Source of the DNA: Anaerolineales bacterium
GTDB lineage: Bacteria; Chloroflexota; Anaerolineae; Anaerolineales; UBA11579
DNA: 64,000 nt
Assembly (NCBI GenBank): GCA_019637755.1
Contig: JAHBVC010000001.1
Location: 1,453,181-1,517,180, forward strand
Reading direction: 5' to 3'
The notes under the pieces were generated by a model. That model was given only the letters and a program-made list of their open reading frames with translations. It ran no database searches and was not told the origin of the DNA. The translations under genes and the position numbers were made by a program. Shown here piece by piece: positions 35,136 through 44,188 of this stretch (positions are counted from its first letter, which is position 1; every line of letters begins with the position of its first letter).

Positions 35136-36770
35136 ATGGCAACAACGCGTAACGCAGCAACGATCTGGGGGGGTGCAGTACTGGGTGGCCTGGCGGCCGC
35201 ATTGCTGACTGGCTTGTTGGCCCTGGCCGAGCCATTGCTGGGGATCCCCTTTCTGCCCTTCGCCATCTTTGACTGGATGGCCCGCGTGCTGCCCGGGGGG
35301 CTGATCCGCTTCGTGATCGAAAATATGGTGGCGATCATCCAATTCGTGCAGCGTATTGTGCCCATTGGTGATACGTCCACTGCGGCCAAGCTGGCCGAGC
35401 AAGTCATTGCGATCGTGCAGTTTCTTGGTCTCGGTGCAGTGCTGGGCGCCTTGCTGGCGGGTTTGCCGCGCCGCCAATCCCTGCGTAGCTATGGCCTGGC
35501 GGCCGGTTTGCTGCTGCTAGCGCTTACGTTGGTGATACACACTCAACTGGGCATTGCCGCGGGCTTGGGCAGCCTGGTGTTGGGCCTGCTCTACCTTGCC
35601 TGGGGTTGGGGGCTGGCGCGCCTGGTCGAAGCCTATCAGCAGCGCGCCAGCGATGCGACCCCAGGCCAGCTTGATCGCCGCCAGTTCCTGGCGGTGAGTG
35701 GTGCCGGCCTGGCTATCGGCGCCCTGGGCGCTTGGGGGGCTAGCCGCCTGTTCGCCGCCCAGGCCATGCCGCCGCGCAGCGCCAGCACGCCCGTGCCGCT
35801 CAATCCCGACGATCCCTTCGGCGCGCGGCTCACCAGTGGGCCGGCGGCTTCGCCGTCGCCGGAGGTCTTGGCGGCGCGCCCGGCCGCAGTGCGCGGCACG
35901 CGCCCAGAGCTGACCGATAACGCCGATTTTTATCGCATTGACATCAATACGCGCCCACCGCAGATCGATGCGGCCACCTGGCGCTTGCAAATTGCCGGTA
36001 TGGTCAATACGCCCCTCACATTCACCCTCGCCGAGCTGCAGCAGATGCCAGCCCAAACGCAGATCGTCACCATGCAATGTATTTCCAACACGGTGGGCGG
36101 TGATCTCACCAGCTCTTCGCGCTGGACCGGTGTGCGTTTCAAAGACGTGCTGGCACGCGCCGGGGTGCAAGCCGGTGCGGCGGGGGCTTACATCACCTCG
36201 GCGGATGGCTTTTACGAATTTGTCACGCAAGCCGATATTGAAGACGAGCGCACCCTATTGGTATATGCCATGAATGGCGGGCCGTTGGTGTATGAACACG
36301 GTTTCCCGCTGCGTGTCTACATCCCCAATCGCTATGGCATGAAACAGCCTAAATGGATCGAGCGCATTGAGCTGGTGCCCGAACGCCTGGATGGCTATTG
36401 GGTTGAGCGCGGCTGGGATCGTGAAGCCTTTGCGCACACGGTGTCGGTGATCGATACCGTGGTGGTGGACCCGGATGTGGGCGCGGCAGGCCAGGCCACC
36501 TGTGGCGGCATCGCCTGGGCGGGCGATCGCGGCATTGGCCGCGTAGAGGTAAAGGTGGACGAGGGCCAGTGGCAGGCGGCCGAATTGCTGGCGCCGCCCC
36601 TCAGCGCGCTGAACTGGATTCTATGGCGCTATCACTTCCCCTATGCGATGGGGCGGCATGTGCTGCAAGTGCGTGCCTATGATCGGGCGGGCCAGCCGCA
36701 AGAGACGCGTAACGCACCGCCGGCACCCAGTGGCGCCACCGGCATCCATCAGGTGGTGGTGACGCTATAA
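35136..36770 (+). CDS. molybdopterin-dependent oxidoreductase (sulfite-oxidase family) fused to an N-terminal polytopic membrane domain
   Basis: About 170 aa of TM helices, then DRRQFLAVSGAGLAIGALGA (Tat-like), then a Mo-domain with the conserved Cys (MQCISNTVGG) and GFPLRVYIP. Confidence 0.8.
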   Translation: MATTRNAATIWGGAVLGGLAAALLTGLLALAEPLLGIPFLPFAIFDWMARVLPGGLIRFVIENMVAIIQFVQRIVPIGDTSTAAKLAEQVIAIVQFLGLGAVLGALLAGLPRRQSLRSYGLAAGLLLLALTLVIHTQLGIAAGLGSLVLGLLYLAWGWGLARLVEAYQQRASDATPGQLDRRQFLAVSGAGLAIGALGAWGASRLFAAQAMPPRSASTPVPLNPDDPFGARLTSGPAASPSPEVLAARPAAVRGTRPELTDNADFYRIDINTRPPQIDAATWRLQIAGMVNTPLTFTLAELQQMPAQTQIVTMQCISNTVGGDLTSSSRWTGVRFKDVLARAGVQAGAAGAYITSADGFYEFVTQADIEDERTLLVYAMNGGPLVYEHGFPLRVYIPNRYGMKQPKWIERIELVPERLDGYWVERGWDREAFAHTVSVIDTVVVDPDVGAAGQATCGGIAWAGDRGIGRVEVKVDEGQWQAAELLAPPLSALNWILWRYHFPYAMGRHVLQVRAYDRAGQPQETRNAPPAPSGATGIHQVVVTL

Positions 36771-36771
36771 A

Positions 36772-36802
36772 CAAAAACGCCTCTCACATGAGAGGCGTTT
36801 TT
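36772..36802. terminator. bidirectional rho-independent terminator
   Basis: ACGCCTCTC-ACAT-GAGAGGCGT followed by a T-run. Confidence 0.75.
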
Positions 36803-36820
36803 ATGTTCTTCAGGTGGGTG

Positions 36821-37240
36821 CTATTGCACCATGAAGTTGAGGGTGGTTTCCAACTCGCCGTTGAGGTACAGATCCACCTTGTAGTTGCCGCTGGGCCACA
36901 GCATGCTGTTGTTGGCCAGGTCGAAGGTTAGCACGGCGTCGCCGCTTTCAATGCTTACTTCGTCGATCACGGTGTCCGGCTCCTCGCCCACCACGTTCAC
37001 CGCAGTCCACACCGCACGTACTTCGGTGCTGTCGGTGGCGTTGGCCAGGTCTACGATGGCGTAGAAAATGTCCGAGGCGCCATACACGCTGGTGCGCGTG
37101 GTGCCCGCCGAGTCAGCGGCCATATAGGCATCCTGGAAGTTGGCTGTGCTGGCGCTAAAGCCACAGGCCAGGGCGGCGAGGGCTAAAACGGCCAGCGCGA
37201 GCAAAACTTTGAAATTCACGTTCTTCATGGGTCTCCTCAA
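36821..37240 (-). CDS. putative lipoprotein
   Basis: Signal peptide with lipobox LAALACG. No family recognised. Confidence 0.5.
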   Translation of the reverse strand: MRRPMKNVNFKVLLALAVLALAALACGFSASTANFQDAYMAADSAGTTRTSVYGASDIFYAIVDLANATDSTEVRAVWTAVNVVGEEPDTVIDEVSIESGDAVLTFDLANNSMLWPSGNYKVDLYLNGELETTLNFMVQ

Positions 37241-37263
37241 TAGGTGATATTGACACGGTTAAC

Positions 37264-37725
37264 TTATTTTGTAGCCGGAGTGTTACTGGGCGGCGTGGGT
37301 TGTTCGGCTTCTTGCGACGCGTCGTTTTTGGCAGGCGCCAGGTTGAGCTCTACCTTGTCTTCCATTTGGATCTGGCCGCGCAGGAAGGCGCCTTCTTCGG
37401 TGGCCATCGAAACCGTGACGACATCGCCCCACACCCGGCCGGTGGAACGGATCTCCACCTTCTCCGCCAGAATGTCGCCGCGCATCGCCCCGGCCACGAT
37501 CACATGGCGAGCGCGTAGCTGCTGGCAGGTAACCCGGCCGGTGGGGCCGATGACCAGCAGGCCATCCAGCTCAATTTCGCCTTCATAAGCGCCTTCTACG
37601 CGCACGCCACCGCTGCCGGTGAGCTTGCCGCGCAGGTTCACACCATCCGCCACGACGGAGGTAATGCGCTCCGTGGGCGGCGGGGCGGCTTGTTGCTGCG
37701 GAACGCTGGCTTTGCGGCGGAACAT
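37264..37725 (-). CDS. bactofilin-family cytoskeletal protein
   Basis: Repetitive beta-helix pattern: G.L.G.GGVRVEG...G.I...G.L.IG..G.V. Confidence 0.8.
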   Translation of the reverse strand: MFRRKASVPQQQAAPPPTERITSVVADGVNLRGKLTGSGGVRVEGAYEGEIELDGLLVIGPTGRVTCQQLRARHVIVAGAMRGDILAEKVEIRSTGRVWGDVVTVSMATEEGAFLRGQIQMEDKVELNLAPAKNDASQEAEQPTPPSNTPATK

Positions 37726-38528
37726 CAGGCGGCGGCCGGCCCCTCTTCGCCGTTGCTATCGGCAATGCCGACGGTATTGAAGCCTGAGTCGACGTACATC
37801 ACTTCGCCAGTGATGCGCTTGGAATGGTCAGACGCAAAGAATAGCGCGGCGTTACCCACATCTTCGATGGTTACGTTCTCGCGCAGCGGCGCGGCCTCGG
37901 CAAACTTGCTGTACAGGCCCTTAAAGCCCGAGACGCCTGCCGCGGCCAGGGTGCGGATCGGCCCGGCGGAGATGGCGTTGACACGGATTTTGCGTGGCCC
38001 GAAATCGCGCGCCAGATAGCGCACCGAAGATTCCAGGGCGGCTTTGGCGACGCCCATTACGTTGTAGCTGGGTACCGCTTTTTGCGAGCCGTAGTAGGTC
38101 ATCGTCATCAACGAGCCCCACTCCGGCAGGTAGGGCGCGAACGCACCCGCCAAGGCCGTGAAGGAATACACGCTGATGTCCATAGCCGTGTGGAAGCCGG
38201 CGCGGCTGGTGTTGTAGTACGGCCCGCTCAGCTCTTCACGATTGGCAAACGCCACGGCGTGCACCAGGATGTCAATCTGCCCGTAAACGCTGTGCGCCTT
38301 CTCGGCAATGCGGGCAATGTCCTCATCTTTGGTCACGTCACAGGCTTCGATGAACTGGCTGTTGATCGATTGGCCCAGCGGTTCCGCACGCTTTTTCAGC
38401 ACGTCCCCGGCGTAGCTGATGCCCACGTTGGCGCCATTGTCGTGCAGGGCCTTGCACACCCCCCAGGCGATCGAGCGCTCATTGGCCACACCGAACACCA
38501 GGGCGTTCTTTCCTTGCAGTAAGCTCAT
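37725..38528 (-). CDS. fabI: enoyl-[acyl-carrier-protein] reductase (NADH)
   Basis: ATG at 38528 with a GGAGAC RBS. Contains GVANERSIAWG, MGVAKAALE, and NAISAGPIRT. Confidence 0.9.
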   Translation of the reverse strand: MSLLQGKNALVFGVANERSIAWGVCKALHDNGANVGISYAGDVLKKRAEPLGQSINSQFIEACDVTKDEDIARIAEKAHSVYGQIDILVHAVAFANREELSGPYYNTSRAGFHTAMDISVYSFTALAGAFAPYLPEWGSLMTMTYYGSQKAVPSYNVMGVAKAALESSVRYLARDFGPRKIRVNAISAGPIRTLAAAGVSGFKGLYSKFAEAAPLRENVTIEDVGNAALFFASDHSKRITGEVMYVDSGFNTVGIADSNGEEGPAAA

Positions 38529-38538
38529 TATTGTCTCC

Positions 38539-39159
38539 TCAGTTGTTTGATGGCAGCGCTGCCGCGGGCAGATCTGCGATGTAGCGCCAGGGCTGGCTGA
38601 GCCAGGGTTCCGGAGTGGCACCCAGGCCGACGCGTGGCCCGCTGCGTACCAGGCTGTCTGGCACCGGCTTGGCGCGCTCCACGAAGATTATAGCTTCGCG
38701 AGCGGTCAGGCTCAGGCGGTTGTGCTCGCCGGTAATGCCGAAGGCTTGGGCCAGTTTGCCTGGCCCATCGGTCCATATACGGGCAGGGCGCCCCTTGCGC
38801 CGCCTGGCAATCAGTTCTAACCCCTCAGTGGGCTGCACGGCGCGGATCAGAACCGCATGCGGCGTGCCCTCAGGTTGGGTGACGAAGTTCAACATCCAAT
38901 GATTGCCGTAGGTGAAATAAACGTAGGTATACCCGGCCGGGCCATACAGCGGCGCCGTGCGTGCCGTGCGCCCGGCACGCGCATGGCAGGCCAGGTCAGT
39001 TTCCCCGCAATAGGCTTCGGTCTCGGTGATCAGGCCGGCAATGCGCTGGGTGCGGCCGCCGATGCGCTGCACGTGCACCAAGCGCTGGCCCAGCAGCGCA
39101 CGCGCCACTTCGGGAGTAGGCTGCAAAAAGAAGGCGGCCGAGATACGACGCGCCGCCAT
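38539..39159 (-). CDS. mpg: DNA-3-methyladenine glycosylase (Mpg/AAG family)
   Basis: FFLQPTPEVARALLG, ITETEAYCG, YFTYGNHWMLN. Confidence 0.9.
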   Translation of the reverse strand: MAARRISAAFFLQPTPEVARALLGQRLVHVQRIGGRTQRIAGLITETEAYCGETDLACHARAGRTARTAPLYGPAGYTYVYFTYGNHWMLNFVTQPEGTPHAVLIRAVQPTEGLELIARRRKGRPARIWTDGPGKLAQAFGITGEHNRLSLTAREAIIFVERAKPVPDSLVRSGPRVGLGATPEPWLSQPWRYIADLPAAALPSNN

Positions 39160-39161
39160 CG

Positions 39162-39908
39162 CTACGCCGCCGCTGTGCCCGGCAGTAGCGCGAGCAACTC
39201 ATCAATGCGGCGGATCTGATCACAATCGGGGTTGTGGTACAGCTCGTTCCAGTTGAGCAGAATGCACTGCAAACCTGCCTGCCGTGCGCCAAGGATATCG
39301 GCGTAGTAATTATCGCCAATGTACAGCACGCTTTCTGCCGGGGTATTGAGGAATGCTAGCATGCGCAGAAAGATCTGCTTGTCCGGCTTGTAAGCGCCCA
39401 GTTGGCTGGCGGCTAGAAAGAAATCCATATGCAAATCCAGCGCCAGCGCATTCATTTCGGCGTGGACTGGCCTGGGGCGATTGGTGAGCAACCCAATGCG
39501 GTAGCCGCGCTGGCGCAGGCTGATCAATGCGGCGCGGGTCTCCGGGAGCACATGGCTGATTGGGGAGTAGTTCTCGCGCATATAGGCGTGCACTTGGGCG
39601 GCATACTGCTGGGCGTCCGCGTCGGCGAAGCCCAGCGCCAACAGGCTGCGCACGCCGTAATTGACCCAGAATTCCTGCGTGCCCTCTTTATAGGCGGTGA
39701 TATCCGCTTTCAGCTCCGCAGAGCTGGCCCAGTATTGGTGTTCCCAGCGCTGGCCGGCCCGGCGTTCCTCCTGTGTGAGCGGCCGGCCCCGCAGCGTCTC
39801 CGCAAAATCGGAAATGAAGGCGTGCGCATGCGGTTCGTTGTAGCGCAGCGTATCGTCGAGATCAAAAACAATCGTTTGAATCGGCCGTACGTCTAAATCC
39901 TTAACCAC
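39162..39908 (-). CDS. HAD-superfamily hydrolase
   Basis: IVFDLDDTL (motif I), LLTN (motif II), GDNYYADILG (motif IV). The GTG start overlaps the moaA end. The N-terminus of the track ORF is spurious. Confidence 0.75.
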   Translation of the reverse strand: MVKDLDVRPIQTIVFDLDDTLRYNEPHAHAFISDFAETLRGRPLTQEERRAGQRWEHQYWASSAELKADITAYKEGTQEFWVNYGVRSLLALGFADADAQQYAAQVHAYMRENYSPISHVLPETRAALISLRQRGYRIGLLTNRPRPVHAEMNALALDLHMDFFLAASQLGAYKPDKQIFLRMLAFLNTPAESVLYIGDNYYADILGARQAGLQCILLNWNELYHNPDCDQIRRIDELLALLPGTAAA

Positions 39909-40920
39909 CAATGTAAGACATCTCCACTTTGGGCAGGGCCACCGTATTGGCCGAGCGTAATTCCGAATAGCGATCCTCGCGCTGGCGCCACACCGCCGCG
40001 ATCGCCTCTTGCAGCGCGGCCGCATCGGCGCCGCGGCGCAGCAGGCTGCGCAGGTCGGCGCCGCCCACCGCGAACAGGCAGGTGAACAAGCGCCCATCGG
40101 CGGAAATGCGCGCCCGTGAACAATCACCACAAAACGGCTGCGAAACCGAAGCGATCAGCCCCAGTTCGCCTTGCCCGTCGGCATAGCGGTAACGGGTGGC
40201 CACTTCGCCGCGGTAGTTAGGCTGCAAGGGTTCCAGGGGCAGCTCACGCTGGATCAACGCCACCATTTGTTTGGCGGTGATCACATCATCCAGGCGCCAG
40301 CCATTGCTGTGGCCTACATCCATGTATTCGATCAGACGCAGGATGTGGCCGCGCTGGCGGAAGTAGTGCGCCATGGGCAGAATGGCATGCTCATTTACGC
40401 CGCGTTTGACCACCATATTGACCTTGATCGGGGCCAGGCCGGCGGCCGCGCTGGCTTCGATCCACTCCAGCACACGCGCCACCGGAAAATCAACATCGTT
40501 CATGGCTTTGAAGGTAGCGTCATCCAGCGCATCCAGGCTGACGGTCATGCGGCTCAGACCGGCGGCCTTCAACGCCGCCACGCGTTCGACCGGGAAAGAG
40601 CCATTGCTGGTAAGGGCGACATCTTCCACGCCGGGGATGGCAGCCAGCCGGGCGATCAGCTCGTCCAGCCCCTTGCGCATCAGCGGCTCACCGCCGGTGA
40701 GGCGCACCTTGCGCACCCCCAGCGCCACGAAGGCGCCCGTCAGGCGCTCAATCTCATCAAAGCTGAGCAATTGTTCCGGCGGCATAAAAGCATGCGCTTT
40801 ACCGAAGATTTCCTTGGGCATGCAGTAGGTGCAGCGGAAATTACACCGGTCAGTTACCGAGATGCGCAGATCATGAAGCGGACGGGCGCGTGTATCGAGA
40901 AGAGTGCTCATAAGGAACAA
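39901..40920 (-). CDS. moaA: GTP 3',8-cyclase (radical SAM)
   Basis: CNFRCTYCMP, LTGGEPL, C-terminal CGDCSRARISADG. Confidence 0.95.
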   Translation of the reverse strand: MFLMSTLLDTRARPLHDLRISVTDRCNFRCTYCMPKEIFGKAHAFMPPEQLLSFDEIERLTGAFVALGVRKVRLTGGEPLMRKGLDELIARLAAIPGVEDVALTSNGSFPVERVAALKAAGLSRMTVSLDALDDATFKAMNDVDFPVARVLEWIEASAAAGLAPIKVNMVVKRGVNEHAILPMAHYFRQRGHILRLIEYMDVGHSNGWRLDDVITAKQMVALIQRELPLEPLQPNYRGEVATRYRYADGQGELGLIASVSQPFCGDCSRARISADGRLFTCLFAVGGADLRSLLRRGADAAALQEAIAAVWRQREDRYSELRSANTVALPKVEMSYIGG

Positions 40921-40985
40921 AAGAGGCGTAGTGAAGCACTACGCCTCTGGTGATGCGTCACTACAAGCGATTATATCGCGCCGGA

Positions 40986-41528
40986 TTACTGGATGATCTC
41001 AGGCTTGCGCGGCGTCTTGCGGTTGCGCAGCAACATCGAGATGCCCGCCACGATCAGCAGCACCGGCCAGAACCGTGTGAGTATGTTCGGCCCGCCGAGC
41101 ACGCCACTGAAAAAGATGAACAGCGCGGCGCTGAGCAGGATCGAGCTGGCCGCTTCGCGCAGCCCACTGAGGAAGTGGCCCTCAAGCAGATTTTTTACCA
41201 GGCTGCCGATGCCCGCAAAGCCAGGGATCAACGCCCACATGTAGGACCAACTGCTCCAGTCGCCCGACTGGTTTTGGTAAAAGAAGATGCCACCCAGGCC
41301 AGCCAGGATGGCCGCTGGCACCGCCATTGAGGGTGAGCGCAAAACGACGCTGAGTACAAAGAACAGCGCGCCCAAGCCCACGATCAGGATCGGCCAACTG
41401 AGATCGAGCTGCAACTGGTCAGCCAGTTCAGGATAGAACTGGCCCGCCAAGAACCAAGCCCCGGCTGCCAAAAGAAGCACGCCGAGCACGGCATTGTTTG
41501 TGCGTTGATTATTCACATCGTCCTCCAT
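40986..41528 (-). CDS. hypothetical polytopic membrane protein
   Basis: Five or six hydrophobic helices. No family recognised. Confidence 0.5.
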   Translation of the reverse strand: MEDDVNNQRTNNAVLGVLLLAAGAWFLAGQFYPELADQLQLDLSWPILIVGLGALFFVLSVVLRSPSMAVPAAILAGLGGIFFYQNQSGDWSSWSYMWALIPGFAGIGSLVKNLLEGHFLSGLREAASSILLSAALFIFFSGVLGGPNILTRFWPVLLIVAGISMLLRNRKTPRKPEIIQ

Positions 41529-41560
41529 CTACTGCTATACGCAAAATACCGCCATGCGTT

Positions 41561-42481
41561 TCACTGTTTAGGTGCGTGGCTGTGGCGGTCGCGAAACACC
41601 CCGGCCACGCCCAGCAACACCAGTGCACTGCCCACCAAGGTATGTATGGTGATCGGTTCATGCAAGATAAAGTAACCTAGCAGCATGGCCAGCACCGGAT
41701 TGATGTAGGCATAGGTCATCACGATGCGCGTGGGCAGCAGCTTAAGCGCGGTGACATACGCGGTGAAGGCCAAGGTGCCGAAGATCACCAGATAGAGCCA
41801 GGCCAGCCAGGCTTCTTGATTGGGCGTGGGCGCGGGCTCGTTGGTCAGCACCATCATCAGCGCAAAACCAATCGCGCCGAAGAGCATCTGGTAGCCGGAG
41901 CTGACCCGTGGGGTGAGGCTGAGCTGGTTGCGCGCCTGGTACACCGAGCCAGCGGACCAGGCCACCGAGGCGATTTGCAACAGCAGGATGGCGATCACAT
42001 CCGCATGAATCCCGGAGGTCAGCGAGGGCAAGGTGAGCACCACGATGCCCAGGAAGCCGATCACCAGCGCGGCGAACAGCCGTGGCGAGGGCAACTTGCG
42101 GTCCCAGATCGCTTCGATCAGCGCGGTCCATATCGGGGTGGCGGCCAGCAAGAGCGCCGCCAGGCCTGAGGCGGTGCGCTGCTCGGCAAAGGCCACCAGG
42201 CCATTGCCCAGCATCCATAACAGAGTGCCCGAGGCAAACAGCACCAGCATTTCGCGCCGGGTGATGCGCACACGTTGCTTTTGTAGATAGGCCCAAAGGA
42301 TCAATAAGGCCCCGCCCAGCGCGGCGCGCATCAACCCCATGGTGAAGGGCGGGAAGCCGGCGCCTTCGCGCACCGCAATGCGAATGGCCAGGTAGGTGCT
42401 GCTCCACACCAGGTACACCACCGCCAAGTTGGCGAGCCCGGCTGGGTTGAGTGCACTGGGGGAGGGAGATTTGTTTTGCAT
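41561..42481 (-). CDS. EamA/DMT-family transporter
   Basis: ATG at 42481 (TAATG overlap with the upstream paralog). Ten TM helices in a two-EamA-repeat pattern. Confidence 0.85.
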   Translation of the reverse strand: MQNKSPSPSALNPAGLANLAVVYLVWSSTYLAIRIAVREGAGFPPFTMGLMRAALGGALLILWAYLQKQRVRITRREMLVLFASGTLLWMLGNGLVAFAEQRTASGLAALLLAATPIWTALIEAIWDRKLPSPRLFAALVIGFLGIVVLTLPSLTSGIHADVIAILLLQIASVAWSAGSVYQARNQLSLTPRVSSGYQMLFGAIGFALMMVLTNEPAPTPNQEAWLAWLYLVIFGTLAFTAYVTALKLLPTRIVMTYAYINPVLAMLLGYFILHEPITIHTLVGSALVLLGVAGVFRDRHSHAPKQ

Positions 42482-43398
42482 TAGTGCCTTTCCGCGGGTG
42501 CGCTGCGAGAAGGGGCCGCTGCCCGGCTGCGATGCACGATGACCACACCGAGCAAGACCGCCATGGCACCCAGCCATTCGCGGCGGGTGAGCCACTCACC
42601 CAGCAGCGGGCCGGCAATGATGGCGGTGATCAACGGTTGGGTCAGCAGCGTGGGCGAGACCATCGAGGCTGGCAGGTGGCCCTGGGCATAGGTAAGCGCC
42701 ATCCAGCCACCGCCTTGCACCAGCAAGCCCAGCACCAGCAGGTAGAGATAGGTTTTTTGCGAATAGCCGAACAGCGGGATCTGCAATGCCAGGCAGATCA
42801 GTAGCAAGAGCACGCTGGCCACCGCGGCGGTGAGCCAGAAGAAAGACAGCGTATCCAACTGGTCGCGCCCGCGTTGGGCCGTGAGCATATAGCCGCCATA
42901 AAAGAACGAGCCGATCAGGCCCAGCATCCCGCCCAGGTTGAGATCAATATGCGCCTGCAGGTCGATCCCCAGCACCACCAGTGCGCCGGCCATGGCCAGC
43001 AGCAGGCCCAGCCAAAAAGTGGGCTTGAGCCGCTCGCGGAAGATGAACAGCGCCCCCAGGCCCACCCACAGCGGCGCGGCGTTGCCCAGCAGGGTCGGGA
43101 TGGTGGCGCCGCCATAGGCCACTCCGCTTGACCAGGCGGCCAGGTCGATCGCCAGGAAAATGCCCGCCAGCGCGGCAATGCCAATCCCGCGTCGCGGCAG
43201 GGCTGGCTTGTGGCGCCGGCTGGCGGCAAACGGCACGGCGAAGGCCAGGGTGACGATGGCCATGCGATACAGGCTGACGATGCTGCCGGGTGCCTCGGCG
43301 AGGCGCGTAAAAATCGCCGAAAGACCGATGATCAAAGTGCCGCAGATCAGGGCGGCATACGCTTTCCATTTGGGTTGGGTGCTGGGCATAAGCCTCAA
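42481..43398 (-). CDS. EamA/DMT-family transporter (tandem paralog)
   Basis: Ten TM helices in a two-EamA-repeat pattern. Confidence 0.85.
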   Translation of the reverse strand: MRLMPSTQPKWKAYAALICGTLIIGLSAIFTRLAEAPGSIVSLYRMAIVTLAFAVPFAASRRHKPALPRRGIGIAALAGIFLAIDLAAWSSGVAYGGATIPTLLGNAAPLWVGLGALFIFRERLKPTFWLGLLLAMAGALVVLGIDLQAHIDLNLGGMLGLIGSFFYGGYMLTAQRGRDQLDTLSFFWLTAAVASVLLLLICLALQIPLFGYSQKTYLYLLVLGLLVQGGGWMALTYAQGHLPASMVSPTLLTQPLITAIIAGPLLGEWLTRREWLGAMAVLLGVVIVHRSRAAAPSRSAPAERH

Positions 43399-43542
43399 TT
43401 CTAATCGATGGCGTTCGATAGAAGAAACAACCCCAATCCACGCGCCGCGTGTCTTTTCTATACTAATTTCGTTCTGATAGTTGACTACTAAAATGTAGGC
43501 AACACACGCTAGGTATAATCCTCAGGCGAGTGTGGAGGACCC

Positions 43543-43842
43543 ATGGAAGACAAGAACAATCAACCCGAAATTCTGGAACGCGATCCACGTGGCGCCCCCA
43601 GCGGCCTTGGCACTCAGTTCAAGTTGCTGCTGCGTTTGCTGCGCGATCCGCGCGTCAGCCCGCTGCTCAAGATCCTGCCGGTGGCGGCGGTGGTCTATAT
43701 GATCTCCCCCTTGGATGCCGCGGTACCCGTCATCGATGATGCTGTAGTGCTCGGCCTGGGCTGGTATGGCTTCCTGGAGCTGTGCCCGCCGGATGTGGTG
43801 GCAGAGCACCGCGCCGCCCTGGCCGCCGAAGCGAGAGGCTAG
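43543..43842 (+). CDS. DUF1232 (YkvA-like) membrane protein
   Basis: LRLLRDPRVSPLLKILPVAAVVYMISPLDAAVPVIDD. Confidence 0.7.
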   Translation: MEDKNNQPEILERDPRGAPSGLGTQFKLLLRLLRDPRVSPLLKILPVAAVVYMISPLDAAVPVIDDAVVLGLGWYGFLELCPPDVVAEHRAALAAEARG

Positions 43843-43843
43843 C

Positions 43844-44188
43844 ATGCAATACCTGCAAAAATTTCTGCCCCCTGGTGGCGGGCGGGTATCTGATTTCCTT
43901 AACCAGTTTCGCCTGACCTGGCGCCTGTTGCGGGATCGCCGCGTCAACACGCTGTATAAGCTCATCCCCATCGCTTCCCTGCTGTATTTGATCTCCCCGT
44001 TGGATTTTGCCATCCCGCTGCTGGATGATGTCGCCGTGCTGTGGGTTGGCAATTCCATCTTTACCGAGCTGTGCCCCGCCGATGTGGTCGAAGAGCACCG
44101 TGCCGCGCTCGAAAAAGGCGGCCGCCGTGCCCAGATCAAGATCGATGAGGGCGATGTGATGGATGCAGACTATAAGGAGATGGAATAA
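43844..44188 (+). CDS. DUF1232 (YkvA-like) membrane protein, tandem paralog
   Basis: ATG at 43844. Contains WRLLRDRRVNTLYKLIPIASLLYLISPLDFAIPLLDD. Confidence 0.7.
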   Translation: MQYLQKFLPPGGGRVSDFLNQFRLTWRLLRDRRVNTLYKLIPIASLLYLISPLDFAIPLLDDVAVLWVGNSIFTELCPADVVEEHRAALEKGGRRAQIKIDEGDVMDADYKEME

